DNA of 64,000 nt from Candidatus Latescibacterota bacterium (lineage in GTDB: Bacteria > Latescibacterota > UBA2968): positions 4,608,001 through 4,672,000 of the forward strand of contig OZ220741.1 in assembly GCA_965116885.1 (NCBI GenBank), written 5' to 3'. Shown piece by piece: positions 21,196 through 30,608 of this stretch. The translations under genes and the position numbers were made by a program. The first letter of the stretch is position 1. Each line of letters begins with the position of its first letter. The notes beneath the pieces are model-generated. The model worked only from the letters and a program-made list of their open reading frames with translations. It did not search any database and was not told where the DNA came from.

Positions 21196-22716
21196 CCTGT
21201 CCGATTCACGACAGGAACGAAATAAAGCGAGAGAAATCTCATCAGGGGTGTAAACGAGATAGTTGATGTGGAGACTTAACAGGTCTTTCTGCTCCTCTGG
21301 TGTGGCTTCATTATATAATTCCTCAAAGGTCGTAAGTTTTTGTTGCATCTGAGCAACGCTTACGGCCTTTTGTTTTTCCTCTGATAGCGTAGCTTCATTT
21401 TCCATCATCTCCTGCTCTATTTCGCTTTTTTGCTCCTCCAGATCAATAATTTTTTGGCTGATAGTTTTTATGCCAATCTTCCTGGAGGCGAGGCTTTCCA
21501 CGAGCACATCCAGTTTCTTCTTAATATCTATAAGAAGTCTCTGATAATTCCTCTGTGTTTGCATCAGGTTTTTCATACGCTCTGAGTTCTTATTTGTCGC
21601 ATCTGCAATAAGCTCTTGGACACGTTTTTGATCTCCGCCGAGTTGAAATAGTCGGTCAATGACCACTCGTTCAAGAGCGGGTGCGGGAACATATTTCATG
21701 GCGCAAGCCCTGTCTCCGCGATGAATCTTGCTCGTGCATTGATAATAACTGTACAGCTTTTTATGACGATTTGTCGAATATACGGGCGTCATGTGAGAAG
21801 AACACCATCCACATTTTGCGAGACCTTTGAGCAAGAAGACGTGCAGGTTCTGTTTTCTGTTTCTATGCGGATCAGACCGTTTGACTTCCATGATCGCTTG
21901 CGCTTTCCGCCACAATTCGATTGGGACAATGGGTTCGTGCTGGCCCTCATAAACCTCACCTTTGAAAATAATTTTCCCGATAAAAAATTGGTTTTGCAGG
22001 ATACGCATGATGCTTGTGTTATTGAACTTCTTGCCCGCACGGACCTGACCTCTCCTGGAGACATACGATTTTGTGCGATAGCCCTTTTCATTTATCACCT
22101 GCGCTGTGGCTCGAAAACTTTGCTCTTTAACGTACGTCTCAAAAATTCTAAGCACCAATTCTCGCTCTACTTCATTCGGTTTCGGGACACCTTTTTCGTC
22201 AGGGTCAACATCATATCCGAGAATCTGTCCACCATTTGTCAGCCCCTTTTCAGCCCTCCACTGCATTTTTTCTCTCGTCCTCTCACTCGTACGCTCCCGC
22301 TCTAATTCTGCCGTCGCCAGAGAAATTGAGAGCGCAAACCGCCCCATAGCGGTTGATGTGTCAAAATTTTCATTGATTGAAATGAATATTGTTTCGTTTT
22401 CTTCCAAAAATTCATGAAGCTGGTAAAAGTCGACGATAGACCGGCTGACGCGATCAATTTTTGTGCATAACACCGCGTCAATCTTTCCCTGCTCAATGTC
22501 TCGAACCATTCGCTTGTATTCAGGGCGGTCTAAATTCTTCCCTGATTTGCCTTCTTCACGATAGATTGCAACGGCTTTCCATTCTTCCTCTGAGGATGTG
22601 GAATCCTTGAGTTCAATATACTTTTGAAGAAGATCAATTTGGGTATCCAGACTGCCGTTCTGAATCTCGGCTTGCAGGTCGGTGGAAACCCGTGCATAAA
22701 GACCACATTTAATCAC
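21148..22716 (-). CDS. Large serine recombinase, N-terminal part (integrated form, 522 aa from GTG)
   Basis: YARVST catalytic Ser, EEGKSGKNLDRPEY, DRVSR, recombinase domain, CGWC...C...C zinc ribbon, coiled coil; GGAGG RBS before GTG 22716. Confidence 0.93.
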
Positions 22717-23462
22717 ATCTACCTCCTTTGCCCTGTATTGTTTTATTTGGGAATTATATCCGATAATAACCATAGAATAGGTTACGAATATATGTCCTGT
22801 TTATTTATTATAAATATACTTAAAAACAATACTTTATGCAATATCATTATTGTATATAATCTCCTTTTATTTATTCGCGACTCCACTTCCATGAATACTG
22901 CTCATGAATGGTTTTCCAACCATCGGAGATAAATAGTTTGGCAGAGATCTCGCAAGTGAGTTGTCCGCTCTTCAGGAGATAATTGGGCATAGGGATTTTG
23001 GAGATTTGGAGGACCTTCATCTATGACCGTAACAGGGATATTGTCCCAGTCGATTTTTTGTCGTTTTGCCATGACCACACCTTTCTTATCAGGTGTGGTT
23101 TTTCCTACTCCCTGATATTGTTATTAGGGTTTTACTGCGGTTATTTTTCGAGTCTTATTTGTGTTGCACATCTTGTGTCGGGGCGTCTATTTTGATGCTT
23201 TGTTCTTGTACGACATTGACCAGCTCACCTCGTTGAATGCGCAACGTAATCGAACCCCAAAAAGAGGTGTCAAGATTCTGTAAGAGTTCTGAAATTTTTT
23301 TAATTGTTTGTGTTTTCATTTCTCGATCTCCTTCTGCCGGTTTTTATTGGCGTTTAACTTAATTCGCGTTTCTTGATATGTAGCATCCACTCGTGAGGAC
23401 TGACCCTGTCAGCGTCACTTGCCCCAGTACAGGGAATGCAGGGCATCATTGGTCTCGCCTAA

Positions 23463-23671
23463 AAAATAAGCCATATAAAAATAGATTTCTAATGCAATTA
23501 AGGGCAAATAACGTTAAAAAATGAACCGTTGACTCAATCAGACGCATACGGGTAGCATCTATTGTAAAATAAGCCCTACGAAAATAGATTTCTAATGCAA
23601 ATAACAAAAAATATCGTTAAAAAATGAATCATTGGCTCAAATAGACGCAGACGGACGGGTAGTATCTATTG
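23463..23671. repeat. Diverged ~103-bp tandem duplication (2 units)
   Basis: AAAATAAGCC...AATAGATTTCTAATGCAA...CGTTAAAAAATGAA...GACGCA...GGGTAGYATCTATTG twice. Confidence 0.85.
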
Positions 23672-24547
23672 ACCCTTTGATCCCGGCATAAATATCCCGT
23701 GCGCCTGCATGGGACAACGCCTGCGATGACATCATCTATGGTGTCGTTTTGAGTACAATACACAAGCCCGTTGATCACAAACGATGAATAGGTATGGAGA
23801 TGGGGTAAAATGAGCCGTTCATCAGACTCATTCATTGACCTGTTTTACACCGATTGATGGGCTTTTTTATTTGATCATTAATGCCAGCGCATGGCAGGCG
23901 TTGGGAGGTTGGCAAGTACGAAGTGAGGCGGAAAAATAAGACTCTACAAGGCAGGATAAAGCCTATACTTTGTATAAAAGAAGCGGGCCGTGTTTACGCA
24001 CGGCCCAACATTTCAAATATGTCTTGGCACCAGACATCTATACGATACCAAATTCAGATGTTTGGGGTAAGCAAAAATAGGAGGATTATTATGCCCCCAT
24101 AGAGCGGTATTTTTTTCGGGTATCGGATGGCTGGGGTAGCATCTATCATCCGTCGCCGCAGCGAATGAGTGATGGTGAGCTTGCGCGGGCAATCAGCGCA
24201 CGTATGAATAAAGAGCTGGCACCACTATGGCCTGCTCCAATCTCGGCTATCAGATATGGATGATTGCCATTTACCTCATGTCGCCGAGTTTGTCGCAAGG
24301 CAGAATATGCGCCAAGGATACTGTTGAGCAGATGAAAATGGTCGTGCAGAGATTCGAGGGAAAGAGGCTGAGGTATTGCGAGCTGGTGGCTTGACAGTAT
24401 AGGCGGAATGTGGTAACGTTGAGGAAAGAAAAAGGCACAAGAAAAGCCCCTCTGGGGAGGGGCTCATCTCAAATAATGACTTGCGGCCAGCAGTCTCTAT
24501 AAATATACAGAACCTCTGACTGGCTCGCAAGCAGAAAGGAGTCTGTC

Positions 24548-24691
24548 ATGACCCCGGGAAAAAGGAAGAAAGATAGCCAGCTTGCCCGTGCTATTGTCAA
24601 GAATATGCGTAAAGAACTGGCACCACTCATCCGAACTGTCAAGCACAGAGAATATGCCAAGAAACAGCCTGCTAACACGCCAAAGCTATAA
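24548..24691 (+). CDS. Small basic protein (47 aa)
   Basis: AAAGGAG RBS; MTPGKRKKDSQLARAIVKNMRKELAPL...; related peptide at 24165-24263. Confidence 0.45.
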   Translation: MTPGKRKKDSQLARAIVKNMRKELAPLIRTVKHREYAKKQPANTPKL

Positions 24692-24697
24692 AGAGTA

Positions 24698-24976
24698 TTA
24701 CTTTTTTGGCGTAAATCCGTGTTTCTTCAGAATCTTATTGATCTCTGCCTGAGCTTTGGCCTGTTTCAAGATCCTCTCTATCTTTATATCTATCGAAGAT
24801 TTCCGATTTCTAAATATCTTCGATAGCCCCAAAGATAGTATTCCTAAACCTGCGACAATCAGATTTTCACTTACGGTTTTGGACAGAGACCTTTGATTCG
24901 CCTCAATATCTACAAGGGTCTTTATACTCTCCAACCCCAATGGATCATCTTGTTCTGTTAGGTCTTGTTTCGCCAT
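24698..24976 (-). CDS. Small hypothetical membrane protein
   Basis: AGGAGG RBS before MAKQDL; central hydrophobic segment. Confidence 0.6.
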   Translation of the reverse strand: MAKQDLTEQDDPLGLESIKTLVDIEANQRSLSKTVSENLIVAGLGILSLGLSKIFRNRKSSIDIKIERILKQAKAQAEINKILKKHGFTPKK

Positions 24977-25004
24977 GCTATATCCTCCTGATAGCCTGCC
25001 CTTG

Positions 25005-25844
25005 TTACCGCCGACTATCGGCTCCTCTTCTAGCAACATTGAATGAATACGTTTCGTTGTTGCCCTTAGAGATTGATGTAGCATAAATCCCCGCAAAGTT
25101 ATCTGCATATCTCTTATCTTTCTTCAAAAAAGAAAGAGAATAAAAATAGGCTTTGGCATAAGCTTCAGCATAGGTATATCTCTTGCTGTTTGACCAGCGC
25201 GTATCATGGAAATAAGATCTGTACCACCCTTCAGCAAAAACCTCCGCATACTCTTGCGTATAATCCCCTGTTATGGCTACCGCATAGCCATAAGCCTCCA
25301 ATGGGCCCATCCTCATCTTTTCTTGCCCCTCAGCATAAGTTAGTGCAAACTTATCCGTCTTCCCTTCACATTTTGAACTTGCATAGACATCCGCACTTTT
25401 TGGGCTCAAACCATAGAATGTCGCTCCATGGGCGTAATGCTTTGTGTAGTAAAGTATCAAATCCATAGACGCTTTATAGCCCAACTCTTTTATCTTTTTT
25501 ATATTTTCTTCTAGCTTTACTGCCCCTTCAGCGTAAGCTATAGCATAGACATCACTGCGCCCCTGACTCTTTTGCTGAGCATAATTAACTGCATAATGTT
25601 CGCTCCGCCCCCAATCTATATTTTTCGCGTAACTTTTTGCATAGATCGTGTCTTTGCCTGCATCTAACATTTGCAAGTAATGCGTTGCAAAAACATGAGA
25701 CTTCCCTTGTTCTCTCAGGTCATCATAGGTGCTCCCATAAACCTGAGAGTGGTAAAAAACATTGATCTGTGCATGGAAGATAATGAGAAGCGAAAGAACC
25801 GTTATTCCTGCAATAAAACAATATGCTATAATGCGGTTTGACAC
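25005..25844 (-). CDS. Membrane-anchored protein with YAxxYA helical repeats
   Basis: GGAGG RBS before GTG 25844; N-terminal TM; repeats such as YAKSYA, YAVNYA, YAIAYA, YAEAYA. Confidence 0.7.
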   Translation of the reverse strand: MSNRIIAYCFIAGITVLSLLIIFHAQINVFYHSQVYGSTYDDLREQGKSHVFATHYLQMLDAGKDTIYAKSYAKNIDWGRSEHYAVNYAQQKSQGRSDVYAIAYAEGAVKLEENIKKIKELGYKASMDLILYYTKHYAHGATFYGLSPKSADVYASSKCEGKTDKFALTYAEGQEKMRMGPLEAYGYAVAITGDYTQEYAEVFAEGWYRSYFHDTRWSNSKRYTYAEAYAKAYFYSLSFLKKDKRYADNFAGIYATSISKGNNETYSFNVARRGADSRR

Positions 25845-26071
25845 GGGACACCTCCCTGGTGAGAGAAGCCGCCGCACCCGTAGAGCATTTGACACAAAGC
25901 ATGTTCTTATATACATTTGCGTCCTCATTTTTATGCTATGGTGGATGCGACGGCTAAATTGTGACGCTACGTATTCGCCTTCTGCTGGGGGTCCCTGCAC
26001 GGATCCTCAGCTTTTTTTATCTATGTGATGCTCTGCATTTTCAGGCATAATTATTATGAGAGGAGTTTGGC

Positions 26072-26233
26072 TTATGTGTATAGTGCCGAAGCACTGCCAA
26101 AGAGACATGCGAGGACAGCCAGCATTGTAGTGTCATTGTCCTCATGGAACAGGGTTGACACCTCATCTGCTGCCTCTGTATCTGTCTCCATTTCTGGCAC
26201 TTCACAGCCAGGAAACGGGATTATATTCGACAC
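26072..26233 (-). CDS. Small acidic protein with hydrophobic C-terminus (53 aa)
   Basis: Strong AAAGGAGGTGA RBS; below the ORF-track length cutoff. Confidence 0.5.
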   Translation of the reverse strand: MSNIIPFPGCEVPEMETDTEAADEVSTLFHEDNDTTMLAVLACLFGSASALYT

Positions 26234-26404
26234 AGTCCCTCACCTCCTTTCAATGTTAAATGTGGATTCGCCGTATGTCACTTATAGGGAGTGCCACACG
26301 GCACAAAAAAGCCCTGACATTTCAAACCTTTTTAGTTTGTCCGCCAGGGCACAAAACACATATCGCCTTATGCGATTTTTTTTGTCAAGAAGTGTGTCGT
26401 GTCC

Positions 26405-26575
26405 TAGTTAGCCCTTTCCGGCACCGTTAAAAGGTGCCGGGCGGAGTTCACCATCGCACGGACACAGATCCGGGAAAGTTCCTACCTATTCGCCCGGGCC
26501 GGGTAGCTAGTCCAGCCTTTGTGAAAGGCTCTTGTATTTAGTAGGCCACCCGACTTCGGGTGCCCGTAACAATGA
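26405..26575 (-). ncRNA. Candidate structured RNA, copy A
   Basis: Colinear similarity to 39040-39245; multiple hairpins; upstream TTTACA-16-TATATT. Confidence 0.45.
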
Positions 26576-26754
26576 TGAACAAGAGCAATATAACCACAGA
26601 TTGATATGTGTAAAAGAAAATTATGGTGCTAAACCTTCGGCACCTTTGTCTATAATCCCCATAAAAATGGAACAAAAAGCCCGTCAGTCAGAACAATTGA
26701 CGGGCTTTTTTATTTTCAACAGTGAGTATGTCCAAGGATATGATCACATGTATC

Positions 26755-27316
26755 GACAGCATGCTACGCTCTCTTTGAGACACCCAGCGTTTGACATTGC
26801 GTGGCGATGGGCCAAAAAAACCTGGTGCGCTTTTACGAACGCGAAGATTTGTTGGGGATCGCGTCGGTCTCCGCTGCGAACCAGGCCGCGGCTTTTGACA
26901 AGATCTCACGCTCGATGCTCAACTGCTTATTCTCGCGCCGAAGACGACGCAACTCTTCTCGCTCATCGCTGGTCAGACCGTCTTCTCGGAGTCCCTGGTC
27001 TCGATCAGCCTGGCGTATCCAGTTTTGGATCGTCTGAGCGGTCGGCTCAAACTCTTTGGCCAACTCAGAAGGACTGCGACCAGCGCGCACAAGCTCGACG
27101 ATCTGGCGCTTCAACTCGGCTGGATAAAGTGGACGTGTTGGTGGCATAGTGGGGCTCCTTTCTTACGACTCATAAGGTACCCACCAAAACGATGCTGTTG
27201 CCGAATTCCTAATTGCTGTCCCGCCGCACTAAACATAGGGTTTACAGAGCCTGTATTCAGGCCACAGACCCCCTCTCGACCAATTCGGCAACAACATCCA
27301 AAACGGGTCAAGCCCA
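26755..27316 (-). mobile_element. Truncated IS3-family element (IRL, orfA 26833-27147, start of orfB)
   Basis: orfA YPAELKRQIV...EELRRLRRENKQL..EREILSKAAAWFA; orfB start (PIATQCQTLGVS) broken; IRL TGGGCTTGACCCGTTTTG interrupted by a MITE. Confidence 0.85.
27191..27298. mobile_element. 108-bp MITE with GATGCTGTTGCCGAATT terminal IRs and 6-bp TSD (CAAAAC)
   Basis: 17-bp IRs; CAAAAC at 27185-27190 and 27299-27304. Confidence 0.85.
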
Positions 27317-27686
27317 TACATCGAGACGCCTATTGGGAAATGAAAGACAAGGGCAAGTCCCATGTCTTTGCAACAGAGTATTCCCGGATGCTATACACCA
27401 AAAACCAAGACACGACCTTGCGCTGTATTATGCAGAAGCAAGAGATCGAGGACATGGTGACTCTTATTCAAAAGGCTATGCTATTTCCAGAAAGGATGGG
27501 CGAACCGAAGTGTATGCGAATGCATACGCTGATGGATGGTCACAGATCAGAGCATTGACCCAAAGAGGATATGACTCTATCGACTTACATCTCTATTTTC
27601 CACAGCACTACGCCAATGAGATAGTCAGTGATCGAGATAAACAGAGTGCTGTTGCCTATGGGCTGGCAATGATGGGTAGGAAATAA
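27317..27686 (+). pseudogene. Frameshifted, 5'-truncated paralogue of the YAxxYA-repeat protein
   Basis: KGKSHVFATEY in one frame and GRTEVYANAYADG in another match QGKSHVFATHY and GRSDVYAIAYAEG of 25005-25844. Confidence 0.75.
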
Positions 27687-27744
27687 ATTTCGCTATACAG
27701 GGATAGTTTTTTTTACATCTGTGGACATCTCAACCTCTTGTACT

Positions 27745-28032
27745 TTAACGTCTGTCTGATTTGAGTCTTTTAATAAGTCCAACTTTCACAAGGTCTTCAT
27801 CATTCCATCCCGTAGGCTCTAATATTTCTTCCAAGAATGAGACTACTTGATACTCTTTATTGTGAACGTGAATGGTGATTAGTTTTGGTTCTCCGTCTAT
27901 GATTTTAATAAAAGACTGCTCCGCACTTTTTTTGGGTTGTTGTGTCCATCCATCACGAGTGAGGGCAGCTATGACATCTTTTGGCTTGATTTTTTTTAGC
28001 CTACGGCGTGTATCATTGGAGTATCTTGCCAT
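27745..28032 (-). CDS. HicA-like toxin
   Basis: IKPKDVIAALTRDGW...ITIHVH...LEEIL pattern; adjacent to HicB-like gene. Confidence 0.65.
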   Translation of the reverse strand: MARYSNDTRRRLKKIKPKDVIAALTRDGWTQQPKKSAEQSFIKIIDGEPKLITIHVHNKEYQVVSFLEEILEPTGWNDEDLVKVGLIKRLKSDRR

Positions 28033-28406
28033 GTGCCCTCCTCCCTATTTATCTTTTCCCAAGATTCGATTGTGAAGTATTTTCCACTTGGGATAGGAAT
28101 ATTATACTTAGCAAGTGTCTCCAAATGTGCAAGAAGACCATTTTGAAAATGGCGTTTAACTTGCTTTAAATTTTCTCCATCTATTACTAAGCCTGGGAAA
28201 GCAGGGGCAGTAGCAAGATAAGCACCCTTTTTTTCTTTAATCGTAACATAAACTGTTATTAAAACAGTTTTTTTCGCTACCTCCCGCTTCCAACAAAACA
28301 AAAAAAACCTATTTTGTGGCATCACAAACCTCTTTCTCTCGTTTTTATTTGCAGGCTTCCTATTGCTTTTAACCCGAAATATAAATGGGTTACGCACCAT
28401 GCACAA
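27996..28406 (-). CDS. HicB-like antitoxin (start uncertain)
   Basis: YLATAPAFPGLVIDGENLKQV...L......PIP. Confidence 0.7.
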   Translation of the reverse strand: MCMVRNPFIFRVKSNRKPANKNERKRFVMPQNRFFLFCWKREVAKKTVLITVYVTIKEKKGAYLATAPAFPGLVIDGENLKQVKRHFQNGLLAHLETLAKYNIPIPSGKYFTIESWEKINREEGTWQDTPMIHAVG

Positions 28407-28564
28407 ACCATTTATTCAACTCAGCTTCTCGCCTCCAGAGCCTCCAAGTTGCTGATTTGCTTTCCCTGTCAACGATAATCCATATTTGGTATCGTATAGG
28501 TGCTTGGTGCCAAGGTATTTTGTTTGTGTTGGGCTGTGTTTGCGCACGGCCCTCTCTTTTGCCT

Positions 28565-29443
28565 TTATTTTCTATATTGTAAATAGTCCTCCTCTGCGGC
28601 ACGAATTGCCTCATCCCAGGAACTGTGAGTTCTGCCGATACTGGTCCCAATACTTTCTGCTGGCTCACCCGGCCCACGTGGTCCGTCATTTATATCGGAG
28701 AACGATTCCGTTGTCTCTTTGTAGTACAAGCTATAACTGTCGTCGGGTCCTGATCTTTTGTGATGGTGAATGTAATAGTATCCACCCTCTATGTAGCATA
28801 CCCTAAAACATCCATTGAATATTTCGGAAAAAACTAGCTTAATCTCTGTCTGGACTTCCGCTTTTCCTCCTCCTGAGAAAACTCCACACTTACTATCTTT
28901 CTCTGGAATGCCAAATTTTTTCCGTAAGTCCTGAATCTTCTCATCATGCTCTTTTAGGGCTGATAATATTTGTTTCCATACACCGTCATCTCTGTCCGGT
29001 AATTCATCCGGATCTTGTTGCTGCAAAACAGCTTCTATATCCGCTCTTTGTTTTTCTATATAAAGACTTACACCATCTCCTGCTGGAGCAACATCCCACC
29101 CCCAACTATACTTTAATAGTTCTTGTAGGTCTATATCATGCTTTTTTAGTGCATAAAGCATAAGTGCAGTGCCAGTGCATTTGGGATAGTCTGAACTTGA
29201 TTGGATTCTCCAGAGATCCTCGCTGACATCTGGCCCAAAGAGGATACCTTCGCTAATATGATTTTTCTCTAAAGCATCAATCGCTATGCTGTGGGCTTTC
29301 AAAATCGCAAGTATATCAGAAACCTTTGGTAATGTTTCTGCGTATGCAAAGGCGGAAGGATGATCTTTTCTTAGATTCACTTCTAAACCCGCAGATTTAG
29401 ATACTACAGACTGTCCCAAGCCCAACCACTCATATATGAACAT
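28565..29443 (-). CDS. Hypothetical protein
   Basis: 292-aa ORF with AGGAGG RBS, abutting the upstream gene. Confidence 0.7.
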   Translation of the reverse strand: MFIYEWLGLGQSVVSKSAGLEVNLRKDHPSAFAYAETLPKVSDILAILKAHSIAIDALEKNHISEGILFGPDVSEDLWRIQSSSDYPKCTGTALMLYALKKHDIDLQELLKYSWGWDVAPAGDGVSLYIEKQRADIEAVLQQQDPDELPDRDDGVWKQILSALKEHDEKIQDLRKKFGIPEKDSKCGVFSGGGKAEVQTEIKLVFSEIFNGCFRVCYIEGGYYYIHHHKRSGPDDSYSLYYKETTESFSDINDGPRGPGEPAESIGTSIGRTHSSWDEAIRAAEEDYLQYRK

Positions 29444-29704
29444 TTACTCCTCCTTTTTGGGGGACATATTGATATCTATATCAAGATCTCCAAGTAACAA
29501 TTTGAGAATAACGAGACCAATATCAACAAAGACAAATCGCAGGACAACAGCAGAAATTATAGTGCCATAGATTACGTATTCAAGCCGCCTAACTCGTTTG
29601 TCGATGTTATTAAGCGTATTCTCTATTCTGGTAAACGGATTATCGCTGTCTGGGTTTTGCGACTTCTCCGATATGATTCCAAATATACCTTTGTCATTGC
29701 TCAT
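29444..29704 (-). CDS. Small coiled-coil plus TM protein
   Basis: IENTLNNIDKRVRRLE followed by a hydrophobic helix; ATGA overlap. Confidence 0.7.
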   Translation of the reverse strand: MSNDKGIFGIISEKSQNPDSDNPFTRIENTLNNIDKRVRRLEYVIYGTIISAVVLRFVFVDIGLVILKLLLGDLDIDINMSPKKEE

Positions 29705-29970
29705 ACCTTATACCTCTCAATCCACTCATGTAAATCTAATCTGCCATAACCTGTATACTCTGAGACAGCTAAAATAATGCCCTCGCCATTTTGATTTTCT
29801 TCATTCCAACCTATCAAATGTCTTAATTTCGTAGAAGACTCTGTCCATGAAACAAAATAGATGTTAGGCGCTTCAGCATCGTATATAGGAATCTCAAACT
29901 TTTTTAGTTCGCTAAACACCCCATCTGGGTTGCTGTCTTGAAATGGCACGATTGCATAAATCATATTCAA
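29701..29970 (-). CDS. Small hypothetical protein (paralogue of 42248-42598)
   Basis: C-terminal YTGYGRLDLHEWI; AAGGAG RBS. Confidence 0.7.
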   Translation of the reverse strand: MNMIYAIVPFQDSNPDGVFSELKKFEIPIYDAEAPNIYFVSWTESSTKLRHLIGWNEENQNGEGIILAVSEYTGYGRLDLHEWIERYKV

Positions 29971-30387
29971 TACTCCTTATCCTTTCTTAGGTGCTTTGCT
30001 ACTTAAAAAAATAGGATAATGGAATTCTTGTCAATATGTCAAGAGCTTTATTGTGTCTACGAAAAAATCACGTATGAGTCGTGCAAGGTGGGTCAAAACT
30101 ATGATCCACCTTGCATTTTCGCCTTATCCCACCTATCTTTAGAATACTCACGACTCGTAGGGATCCTATCGGCACTTTGCGATATAATTCCCTAAAAAAT
30201 TGTCTTAAAGTCAAGTATTTTCAATGATTTATGCGAATAATTTTGTATTATTTTTTGGTGTGATTTCGTAAAATGTAACAGAATGGGCTTGCCTGGTCCA
30301 GTAGTTTTTTGTGAAAATTGTATTTCGTTGTAGTAAAGTTTTTCGGTGTGTGGCAATTTTGTTTGTTATATAAAAAAGGAGAATAAT

Positions 30388-30591
30388 ATGGAACTTACAA
30401 AAGTGGAGTATTTGGGATGTGAAATACAGGTGGAAAAGGATGAGGGTGGTATGTGGGATTGTACGGTGTTCACCGACGAGGAGGAGACATGGTTTGGTTT
30501 TGTGTTTGAGTCAAAAGAGGATGCCATCGAATGTGGAAAAAAAGAAGTGCGTGGCTATCGTGCCTATGTGGAGGAAACTGAAGATTTTTAA
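30388..30591 (+). CDS. Small acidic hypothetical protein
   Basis: AAGGAG RBS; 67 aa. Confidence 0.6.
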   Translation: MELTKVEYLGCEIQVEKDEGGMWDCTVFTDEEETWFGFVFESKEDAIECGKKEVRGYRAYVEETEDF

Positions 30592-30608
30592 AATAAAAGG
30601 AAAAGGAT

